From the NCBI GenBank assembly GCA_019057375.1, contig DXJF01000075.1, positions 1 to 23,447 of the forward strand: a stretch of 23,447 nt of DNA, given 5' to 3'. The position numbers and the translations under genes were made by a program. The first letter of the stretch is position 1. The number at the start of each line of letters is the position of its first letter. The notes under the pieces are model-generated. The model was given only the letters and a program-made list of their open reading frames with translations. It ran no database searches and was not told the DNA's origin. Shown piece by piece: positions 1 through 7,178 of this stretch. This DNA is from Candidatus Heimdallarchaeota archaeon (lineage in GTDB: Archaea; Asgardarchaeota; Heimdallarchaeia; Heimdallarchaeales; Heimdallarchaeaceae).

Positions 1-75
1 GGAAAACATTACTGTTCTAATTGCTCTTCTAAAGGTTGTACTAACTGTGGAAGTAGACAATTCATCCGTTATTAA
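1..75 (+). CDS. 3' end of a Cys-rich (zinc-binding) protein, truncated by the window edge
   Basis: Frame 1 reads GKHYCSNCSSKGCTNCGSRQFIRY-stop (TAA 73-75), a CxxC-x4-CxxC pattern. Not in the ORF track because it is partial. Confidence 0.7.
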   Translation, partial: GKHYCSNCSSKGCTNCGSRQFIRY

Positions 76-105
76 TACTCACAATTATTTATTTTGCCTT
101 TTAAT

Positions 106-188
106 GCCAGGATAGCCAAGTGGTACGGCGGGGGTCTCGAAAACCTCTGGCATTAGCCTCCGGGGTTCAAATCCCCGTCCTGGCTCCA
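106..188 (+). tRNA. tRNA-Ser(CGA), class II with variable arm, CCA encoded
   Basis: Manual cloverleaf: acceptor GCCAGGA/TCCTGGC; D arm GCC..GGC; anticodon stem GGGGT/ACCTC with loop CT-CGA-AA (anticodon 138-140); variable arm GGC-ATTA-GCC; T arm CGGGG-TTCAAAT-CCCCG; ends T-CCA. Confidence 0.95.
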
Positions 189-261
189 GTGATTTCTCAA
201 ACTTTTATTTCATTAAGTTTTTATTAAGTGCAGTTATTTTCTGCCTATAGGTGACTTTGTA

Positions 262-1698
262 ATGGTATCTCCAACATTTCGTGTAAGAAGTATTTATGAT
301 GTTGCACTAATCAAATTAGTGTCTGAAAATTTAAATTTTGAACTTGTTCAACCTCTTTCTGAACAACTTTCTTTATTCAAAGTTGAAGAAAAACTAGCTC
401 CTTATGACATTGAAATTCAGGATATTTTAGGAGGTTATGGAATCTCCATAGAAGGAGATGAAGAATACGTTTCCTCAATTACTGCTTTGTTTCATAAGCA
501 AATTCCTAATTCAATAATTCTCCAACACCCAGTTCAGTTACACGCCGTTTACAACGGTAAGGTTGTACATGTAAATAATGAAAAGAATCTTTCAGTAATA
601 GATATTGGAGAAAATGTTAATGCTATTTTATTTGGTTCAAGTTTCCATCGAGGGCAAAAAGTAGTTGTTCAAATTAAACAACTTAACATATTTGAAGATC
701 AATTACCTGTTTGTTCAACAGTTATTCATTTTCCTGGTCAATCTGTAATATTAGAAAGAGATGCAAATTTTGTCAGAGTTTCAAGAAAATTACCCAAAGA
801 GGATAGAGATAAATTATTTGAGTTAGGTAAAAATTTGCGTCCTCAAGATCACGGTTTAATTATGAGGACTAGTGCTACTAAGGCGCCTCAAGAAGCAATT
901 CAGGCTGACATTGACCAGCTCGTTCAAAGAGCTGAAGAACTTGACTTATTAATCTCTGGTTCGTCATATGGCCCTGGAATATTACAAGCTGGACAAACCG
1001 TTGCTCATATTCTACTAGTTAAAGATGCCAAGGAAAAACTTACAGGAATCCGAAACAAGGTAATTCCTACAATACCCATGTATCACTGGTTCATGGCTTA
1101 CTCACAAGAACTAAAGCTTACTACAACTTTTGCTGAAAGAATTGCAGAAGATATAGGCGGAGGTAAGATATCAACTATCCTTAAAGATATTATTCTAGAA
1201 ACAGACTTCAGTGATAATTCTATTATGTATCTGCAAGAGTATAAATTGACTTCTCCTCCCCAAGAAAGGATTTTAGGTCAGTTAAGCTGGTCAGATGATG
1301 TTCTAATCATCAAAAGAAGCTTTAGATCCTCTCGAGGTGTCCATTATAGTCTTGACATCGATATTAGTCAAGGTGACACCTCCTCCATAATTACCAAAGA
1401 AAACAGTTGGTCACTACATATGAAGATTTTTCGAGACGACAAGCTCTTAGGTGAAACAGTAAAAATTGTAACACCCATAGAGCTTTGTAGTGGTGGAAAA
1501 CTCAGATATATTGACTTAGGGCTACTTTTAGTTAAAAAGGAAGAAGAGATAAAAACTATCGATGAAGGTCTTATTGACCATTTAACAGATAAAGGAATTA
1601 TTTCTACTCAGCTCAAAGAAAAAATATATTTGATTCATGAAGAATGTCAAAAACAACTATCTGCTGGAGAAGAACATATACTTGTGATGTCTGAATAA
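262..1698 (+). CDS. fau-1: Probable ribonuclease / RNA-binding protein FAU-1 (RNase E/G-like N-terminal part plus DUF402-like C-terminus)
   Basis: 478 aa. Contains the RNase E/G-like segment VRVSRKL..EDRDKL..GLIMRTSA and the C-terminal DUF402-like RYIDL motif. Size matches archaeal FAU-1. GGTGA RBS upstream. Confidence 0.75.
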   Translation: MVSPTFRVRSIYDVALIKLVSENLNFELVQPLSEQLSLFKVEEKLAPYDIEIQDILGGYGISIEGDEEYVSSITALFHKQIPNSIILQHPVQLHAVYNGKVVHVNNEKNLSVIDIGENVNAILFGSSFHRGQKVVVQIKQLNIFEDQLPVCSTVIHFPGQSVILERDANFVRVSRKLPKEDRDKLFELGKNLRPQDHGLIMRTSATKAPQEAIQADIDQLVQRAEELDLLISGSSYGPGILQAGQTVAHILLVKDAKEKLTGIRNKVIPTIPMYHWFMAYSQELKLTTTFAERIAEDIGGGKISTILKDIILETDFSDNSIMYLQEYKLTSPPQERILGQLSWSDDVLIIKRSFRSSRGVHYSLDIDISQGDTSSIITKENSWSLHMKIFRDDKLLGETVKIVTPIELCSGGKLRYIDLGLLLVKKEEEIKTIDEGLIDHLTDKGIISTQLKEKIYLIHEECQKQLSAGEEHILVMSE

Positions 1699-1714
1699 TA
1701 CTAAGGGGAATTAT

Positions 1715-2623
1715 ATGATGGAGCACTTAACAGCTGTTAAATGGAATCCTTCAACCTTTCCTTTTGCCTTTCTTTTTCTGAGAAAACAAGATTATCATTC
1801 TGATGAATTACTAAAAAAATCTCTTTCTCCAGGTGATTCTTTTAACGTAACAATATCTGAAGAAAAAATATGTATAGGACATTCAATAAATAAGGAAGAA
1901 TATTACTTTTGTAACAATTCTGTTACTGAACAATACAATAGATGTTACACCTGTGAACAACAAGATTTCGGACGCTGTTTCCTATTTTGTGATGCATCAA
2001 AACCTTTTGGGAATTGTGCTAATTCAGCAGCTTATGAATATTGTAAAACTCACAAAAGCTCAGTTTATCTTGCCCTTATTGCAAATGACGTGAAAGTTGG
2101 GGTTTCATTTAACCCTTTAAAGAGGTGGATGAATCAAGGAGCTGATGTGGCAATAGAAATCCTTCGAGTTAAAAATGGATTTGAAGCCCGTACAATTGAA
2201 AAGAAAATTTCATCAGATTTAGGAATATCACAAGCTATACGAAAGGCTACAAAAGCGAAAAAATTGAATTATGATCTTACTCGTTCTCTACCCCATTTTA
2301 GAAAATTATCAAAGGATGTTCTGTCATATCTAGAAAAACAATCTCTTGTATCAGAGCAATCAGACTTGTTACATAAGGAAACAAACTTATCTTCTTATTA
2401 TGGGAACATTCCATCACTAAATGTGAATCCAATATTAAATGAAGTTGAAAAAACACTACAAATAACTGGGACAATTGTTGGAGTAAAGGGAAAGCTCTTA
2501 GTTACTAAAGTAAATAACAGCTATTATGTTACTAATCTTTCCAAGATTAACGGTCATTTGATGACTTTTTCTAAAGAACCCTTAAAGTTAAAGGGTCAAA
2601 AATCTCTCTCTGAATTTTTCTAA
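1715..2623 (+). CDS. DUF2797-family protein (Cys-rich N-terminal region, VYLA..VKVG motif)
   Basis: 302 aa with CIGH..C..CYTC..C..C cluster and SVYLA..VKVGV..RW..QGA..AI, which are typical of DUF2797. 16 nt downstream of fau-1. Confidence 0.7.
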   Translation: MMEHLTAVKWNPSTFPFAFLFLRKQDYHSDELLKKSLSPGDSFNVTISEEKICIGHSINKEEYYFCNNSVTEQYNRCYTCEQQDFGRCFLFCDASKPFGNCANSAAYEYCKTHKSSVYLALIANDVKVGVSFNPLKRWMNQGADVAIEILRVKNGFEARTIEKKISSDLGISQAIRKATKAKKLNYDLTRSLPHFRKLSKDVLSYLEKQSLVSEQSDLLHKETNLSSYYGNIPSLNVNPILNEVEKTLQITGTIVGVKGKLLVTKVNNSYYVTNLSKINGHLMTFSKEPLKLKGQKSLSEFF

Positions 2624-2693
2624 ATGTAACTTTTCTTATTATTACAAGAGTAGAACAATTTAAATTTATCATTAAAACTTACTATTTGATACT

Positions 2694-2933
2694 ATGAGCG
2701 ACTTCAAAGAACGTAATGTTCAATGTATACTTAAAATCTTAGAGAAGAAAAATCCTGCTACTACAAAAGACATCATGGCTATGAGGGATCTTTTTCCTGA
2801 TCTCTGTGCTGGATGTTCATCAGGTGGAGATGTAATTTTGGCAGGTAAGCAATTAGTTGAAGAAGGAATTATCCAAAGAAAATGGACAGCAGAAGGGTTT
2901 GAGTGGAAACTTATCTCAGATCCAGACAAATAA
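2694..2933 (+). CDS. Small hypothetical protein, winged-helix-like with CxxC
   Basis: 79 aa. Pattern ILKILEK..ATTKDI ... LVEEGIIQRK..GFEWKL resembles a wHTH with wing; contains CAGC. Stop lies 12 nt before the desulfurase ATG at 2946. Confidence 0.6.
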   Translation: MSDFKERNVQCILKILEKKNPATTKDIMAMRDLFPDLCAGCSSGGDVILAGKQLVEEGIIQRKWTAEGFEWKLISDPDK

Positions 2934-2945
2934 GGCGTGATAAAA

Positions 2946-4211
2946 ATGGTTGTTTGGTCTCGTATTAGAAAAGATTTTCCCGTTTTAAATGAACTTTACG
3001 AAGGGAAAAGCCTAATTTATTTTGATTCAGCATGTATGGCACTCAAACCAGTTCAAGTTTGGGAAGCTATGGAATATTACTACAAATATCTAGGGGCATG
3101 TGGTGGCGCGGGGAGGTCAACCCATAGTCTTGGAGTTGAAACAAGTTTACTTACTGAAGAATCAAGGCAGAAGCTTGCATCATTTATCAATGCAAAGAGC
3201 TCAAATGAAATTGTTTGGACTCGAAATGCAACAGAAGGTTTGAACATTGTTGCTGCCACTCTTCCAATAAAGAAAGATGAAAATGTCGTCACAACTACTT
3301 TAGAACACCATAGTGGAATGCTCCCATTTTTCAAGAAATGTCAAGAAACTGGAAGTGAATTGCGAATTGTAAATGCAAAGCCTGATGGTACTTTTGATTT
3401 AACTGATTTTGAAGAAAAAATAGATGATAAAACTAAGATTGTATCATTTGTTCATGCTTCAAATCTTACAGGAACCATTGCACCTCTAGAAGACATTATT
3501 AAAATCGCTCATGAATATGGAGCTTGGGTGGTTTCTGATGAAGCTCAATATGCACCTCATAATGAGTTAGATGTGCAAAAACTGGATGTTGATTTCAGTG
3601 TTTTAAGTGTTCACAAAGCATGTGGGCCCACAGGTGTTGGTGTTTTATATGGGAAATATGAACTACTAGAAGAACTTGGAATGTTTCTTGTAGGCGGTGA
3701 TGTAATTGAGGACGTTGTTTATGAAGATGGTAAAATTACCCCCAAATACCTCCCACCACCACACAAATTCGAGGCAGGATTACAGAATTACGGTGGTATG
3801 TTAGGAGCTGGTGCAGCTGTTGATTACTTGCAAAAAATAGGAATGGATAACATTCACAAAAGAGAACAATCTTTCTCTAGAAGACTTTTAGAAGGAGTTC
3901 TAGAATTAGAAAAATTTGAAGTTCTTGGTCCTCTTGATTATAAACAAAGAGCAGCTCTTGTATCATTTAGACCAAAATCAGATTCTATGAATCACAATGA
4001 TATTACGGAGTATTTCAACGAAATGTTACCGCATAATAAGATTCTAATGCGTTCTGGAAATATGTGTGTGCACCCGTTCCAATATCAGATAGGTATGAGT
4101 CCTGCTCAAGGAGATGGAGTAACCCGTGCTTCGCTATACATCTACAATACATTGGAAGAAATTGAAATATTCTTGACTGCACTTGAAAATTTTGCTAAAA
4201 CTATTGATTAG
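2946..4211 (+). CDS. sufS: Cysteine desulfurase, SufS/CsdA type (class V PLP aminotransferase)
   Basis: IRKDFPVL..LIYFDSA, WTRNATEGLN, PLP-lysine motif SVHKACGPTGVG, FEAG, catalytic-Cys motif RSGNMCVHP, RAS.Y.YNT.EE. ATG 2946 preferred over the in-frame GTG at 2937. Confidence 0.88.
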   Translation: MVVWSRIRKDFPVLNELYEGKSLIYFDSACMALKPVQVWEAMEYYYKYLGACGGAGRSTHSLGVETSLLTEESRQKLASFINAKSSNEIVWTRNATEGLNIVAATLPIKKDENVVTTTLEHHSGMLPFFKKCQETGSELRIVNAKPDGTFDLTDFEEKIDDKTKIVSFVHASNLTGTIAPLEDIIKIAHEYGAWVVSDEAQYAPHNELDVQKLDVDFSVLSVHKACGPTGVGVLYGKYELLEELGMFLVGGDVIEDVVYEDGKITPKYLPPPHKFEAGLQNYGGMLGAGAAVDYLQKIGMDNIHKREQSFSRRLLEGVLELEKFEVLGPLDYKQRAALVSFRPKSDSMNHNDITEYFNEMLPHNKILMRSGNMCVHPFQYQIGMSPAQGDGVTRASLYIYNTLEEIEIFLTALENFAKTID

Positions 4212-4218
4212 TTTTCAA

Positions 4219-4224
4219 GGAGGT
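4219..4224 (+). promoter_or_regulatory. Shine-Dalgarno GGAGGT for the epimerase, 7 nt upstream of ATT 4232
   Basis: Perfect GGAGGT. Spacing to ATT is similar to RBS-to-ATG spacing of other genes in the window. Confidence 0.7.
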
Positions 4225-4231
4225 TTTTCTT

Positions 4232-5173
4232 ATTTCAAAGAATGTTATAATAACTGGAGGGTGTGGTTTCATTGGATCCTATTTAGTGGATCTAATGGTT
4301 AAGAAAGGATTCCATGTAACAGTAGTAGATGATTTATCCGCAAAGACAGATTTAAGGTATCTCAAATGCCACATTGAAAATAACAATGCCATCTTTAGTA
4401 AAACAGATATCAGAGATTATGATAAATTAATGGAGTTGGACAGTGATTTTGAATATGTATTCCATTTAGCTGCACAACCAGATGTAAAAGTAAGCGTTAG
4501 TAATCCACGTTTTGATTTTGAAGTCAATATAATTGGGACGTTCAACATATTAGAATTTATGAGACAAAAAGAAATCTCAAAACTTGTTTTTGCTAGCTCT
4601 CTGGGAACAGTTTATGGAGAACCAGAAGTTTATCCAACACCTGAAAATTATCAATTGAAACCAATTAGTAACTACGGAGCTGCAAAAGCAGCAGCAGAAA
4701 TGTACTGTTCAAGTTATTCATCATTGTACAGTATTGATATTGTCTCTTTGAGATTAGGAAACATCTATGGTCCTCGTTCTACACATGGAGTTATGTTTGA
4801 TTTTTATAATAAATTGAAGAAAGATTCAAGTAATTTGGAAATTCTTGGTGATGGGTCTCAAACAAAAACCTATCTTCATATAACTGACACAATAAATGCC
4901 TTTGATATAACTCATACAAAGATGAAGAAGGGTTTTGATGTTTATAATGTTAGTTCAGATGAGCAAACTACAGTAAAACAAGTAGCTATCAATATGTCTG
5001 AAGCGTTAGGTTTGGAGGAAGTAAACTTTACTTTTACAGGTGGAAAGAGGGGATGGGAGGGGGATGTAGTGTTTACTTCAGTTGATACTTTGAAACTGCA
5101 ATCCTTAGGTTGGAATGCTAAAATCTCCATAGAAGAAGGAATCGTTGATTATGTAAAATGGTTAAATCAATAA
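4232..5173 (+). CDS. NAD-dependent epimerase/dehydratase (UDP-glucose 4-epimerase-like extended SDR), start extended to ATT 4232
   Basis: The frame upstream of the tracked GTG 4286 is open and encodes ISKNVIITGGCGFIGSYLVD (Rossmann GxxGxxG). Also HLAAQ, YxxxK (YGAAK) and R.GNIYGPR motifs. Confidence 0.85.
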   Translation: MSKNVIITGGCGFIGSYLVDLMVKKGFHVTVVDDLSAKTDLRYLKCHIENNNAIFSKTDIRDYDKLMELDSDFEYVFHLAAQPDVKVSVSNPRFDFEVNIIGTFNILEFMRQKEISKLVFASSLGTVYGEPEVYPTPENYQLKPISNYGAAKAAAEMYCSSYSSLYSIDIVSLRLGNIYGPRSTHGVMFDFYNKLKKDSSNLEILGDGSQTKTYLHITDTINAFDITHTKMKKGFDVYNVSSDEQTTVKQVAINMSEALGLEEVNFTFTGGKRGWEGDVVFTSVDTLKLQSLGWNAKISIEEGIVDYVKWLNQ

Positions 5174-5301
5174 ACAATCAAAATACAATCTTTTGAAGAA
5201 ATATCGATTATTTTTACATATTATTTTCTTTTAAACCGAAATGATTAAAAAATAGAGTGTAAGACATGATACTGACCATAACTTTTGAAAGGGGTATTAA
5301 A

Positions 5302-5577
5302 ATGAACGATGAGACCCTCGAACAAATAGATGAAGCAGTACAGCTTTTGGAAAGAATAAGTGAGGATACAACAGTCCCAAGGAATATTAAAAGAGCAGCA
5401 ACAAATTCGCTGGAGATAATAAGAGAACCAGATCCAGAACTAAGTTTAGCAGTGAAAGCTAACAACGCAATTGAAATCCTTGATGAAATCTCTCAAGATC
5501 CTAATTGCCCAGCCCATGCTAGAACTATGTTGTTACAGATAATTACCCTGTTAGAAATTACTGACTTTGATTACTAA
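5302..5577 (+). CDS. UPF0147 family archaeal protein
   Basis: I.ED.TVPRNIKRAA..S......A..AI.ILDEISQDPNCP.HART signature. ATG 5302 follows a GGGGT RBS and is preferred over 5266. Confidence 0.85.
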   Translation: MNDETLEQIDEAVQLLERISEDTTVPRNIKRAATNSLEIIREPDPELSLAVKANNAIEILDEISQDPNCPAHARTMLLQIITLLEITDFDY

Positions 5578-5603
5578 AAAATCAAAAAGTAGATACACTT
5601 TAC

Positions 5604-5621
5604 TTTCTTTTTTCTTTCTTT
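5604..5621 (+). terminator. Putative archaeal oligo-T terminator between the convergent UPF0147 and GlmU-like genes
   Basis: TTTCTTTTTTCTTTCTTT tract about 26 nt after the UPF0147 stop. Confidence 0.4.
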
Positions 5622-5637
5622 AAGATTTTTTATGGGA

Positions 5638-6864
5638 TTAACTCTTGTTTTCGATATCAGTTTTTACTGAAGTTCCAGGAGAAACAACACTTCCTGAAGC
5701 GATTTTTCTTCCAGGACAGATTAGACAATTAACACCTATCTCGCAGTTATCTCCAATAATGGCACCAAGTTTAGTGAAACCGGTAAATAACGCCTTCCCA
5801 CCAACATTCATCTCAATTTCTTTTCGTGGTGTTTCAGTATTTACAGTGATTACTCCAGAAGATAAGATAGAATCTTTACCTATTACACTGTCACCAACAT
5901 AACACAAACCAAAGATTTTAGCTCCTTCAAAAAGAACCGAATTCTTGATTTCGCTTCCAAAACCAACTACTGTTCCTTCACCTATAGAACAATAATCGCG
6001 AATAAGGGTATTATTTCCTATATAACTATTAGGACCAATGTAAAGCGGACCATTGAGAACAGCACCAGAACTAATTTCTGTGCCCTTTTCGATAATTACT
6101 GAATTTTTCAACTCAACATTTGCACCTATGACAACGTCAGTAGCAATTCTGGTTTCCTTCACTTTTGATAGTAATAGCTTGTTTGCCTCTATGATGTTCC
6201 AAGGCTTTCCAATATCTATCCATTCTTTTTCCCAAATTGCAGCAGCTACTTTATCACCCTTCTTGATTCGATTGTTGATGGCTTGACCTAATGAAGCTCC
6301 GTTCCTAATTTCCTCAAAAATGTCTGTTTTAATTATAAAGCAACCAGCATCAACATATTTGCTGCGGGAGGATAACTCAGCTTTTTTGATGCCTGCCTTT
6401 TTTACCAACCCCATAGAATCTATCTCAACAATACCAAAATCACCAGTATCACCTTGAAGAGTAAGAGTCATAGTCATATCAGCTTGAGTATTTTCAAAAG
6501 CATTGAGAGCTCTTTGAATTAATCCTTTTTCAGAAACAATATCACCAAATAAGAGTAGAAAACAAGTTTCGTCGTTAGTATATTCTTCCGCTGCCAATAT
6601 TGCTGCAACTATGCCTTCTTTATCTCCTTGATCTGCATACTGAATAGAAACACCAAACCCTTTACCCTTCTTAAAATAATTCCTAATCTGCTCTCCCTTA
6701 TATCCTGTAATGATTAAAATATCAGTTAAACCAACTTCTTTCAATTCTTTAATCAGATATTCTAGAATAGGTTTACCAAGAAGCGTTATCATTGGTTTTG
6801 GTCTAGTTTGAGTGAGTGGAAAAAGATCTACTCCTTTACCACCTGCAAGAATTACTGCTTTCAT
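5638..6864 (-). CDS. Archaeal GlmU-like sugar-1-phosphate nucleotidyltransferase with left-handed beta-helix (hexapeptide repeat) C-terminus
   Basis: MKAVILAGG.G...PLT.TRPKPM, FGD, W.DIG.PW...EAN, hexapeptide repeats, G.VGDS.IG, K.GAIIGD...IG.N. The signature reads GVDL instead of GTRL. Confidence 0.8.
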   Translation of the reverse strand: MKAVILAGGKGVDLFPLTQTRPKPMITLLGKPILEYLIKELKEVGLTDILIITGYKGEQIRNYFKKGKGFGVSIQYADQGDKEGIVAAILAAEEYTNDETCFLLLFGDIVSEKGLIQRALNAFENTQADMTMTLTLQGDTGDFGIVEIDSMGLVKKAGIKKAELSSRSKYVDAGCFIIKTDIFEEIRNGASLGQAINNRIKKGDKVAAAIWEKEWIDIGKPWNIIEANKLLLSKVKETRIATDVVIGANVELKNSVIIEKGTEISSGAVLNGPLYIGPNSYIGNNTLIRDYCSIGEGTVVGFGSEIKNSVLFEGAKIFGLCYVGDSVIGKDSILSSGVITVNTETPRKEIEMNVGGKALFTGFTKLGAIIGDNCEIGVNCLICPGRKIASGSVVSPGTSVKTDIENKS

Positions 6865-7082
6865 CTTCTATTTATCCTATGTTTTTTCTTTATTATATCT
6901 TTTTGCGCTTAGTTATCAAACTAAAGAACTGTCACACTATTTTTCAAAGCATTTTTCTTATTCACTCTTTTTTACTCAAAACCAGTATATAACTTTTATC
7001 ATTAATCTGTTAAAAACTAGGTTAATAAAGGATAATTAGGAAGATATTTATTTGTTATAAACAAATTTTCTAACTTTTTAAA

Positions 7083-7177
7083 CTATTCTTCAAAAGTAGG
7101 TTCTTCCTCTTCTCCCAACATAGAAGTCAACTTTCCTTTGTTTGTTTCTAAGTTTTCAATTATTAACTTTTTAACAT
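7083..7177 (-). pseudogene. Frameshifted 5' stub of a paralog of the neighbouring ABC ATPase
   Basis: ATG TTA AA(A) AAG TTA ATA ATT GAA AAC TTA GAA ACA AAC AAA GGA reads ML(K)KLIIENLETNKG if one A is restored, versus MSGKLIIENLEKVYKG for the ATPase at 10699. It begins 1 nt after the permease stop. Confidence 0.6.
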
Positions 7178-7178
7178 T

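Noticed and set aside
106-261. tRNA-Ser as an integration site for the accessory block
   Set aside because: No duplicated tRNA 3' end or integrase seen in the window, and housekeeping genes follow directly.
2663-7004. TTTATCATTAA found in two promoter regions (about 2663 and 6995) as a shared operator
   Set aside because: An 11-bp very AT-rich TATA-like word with inconsistent orientation relative to the genes; not distinguishable from background.
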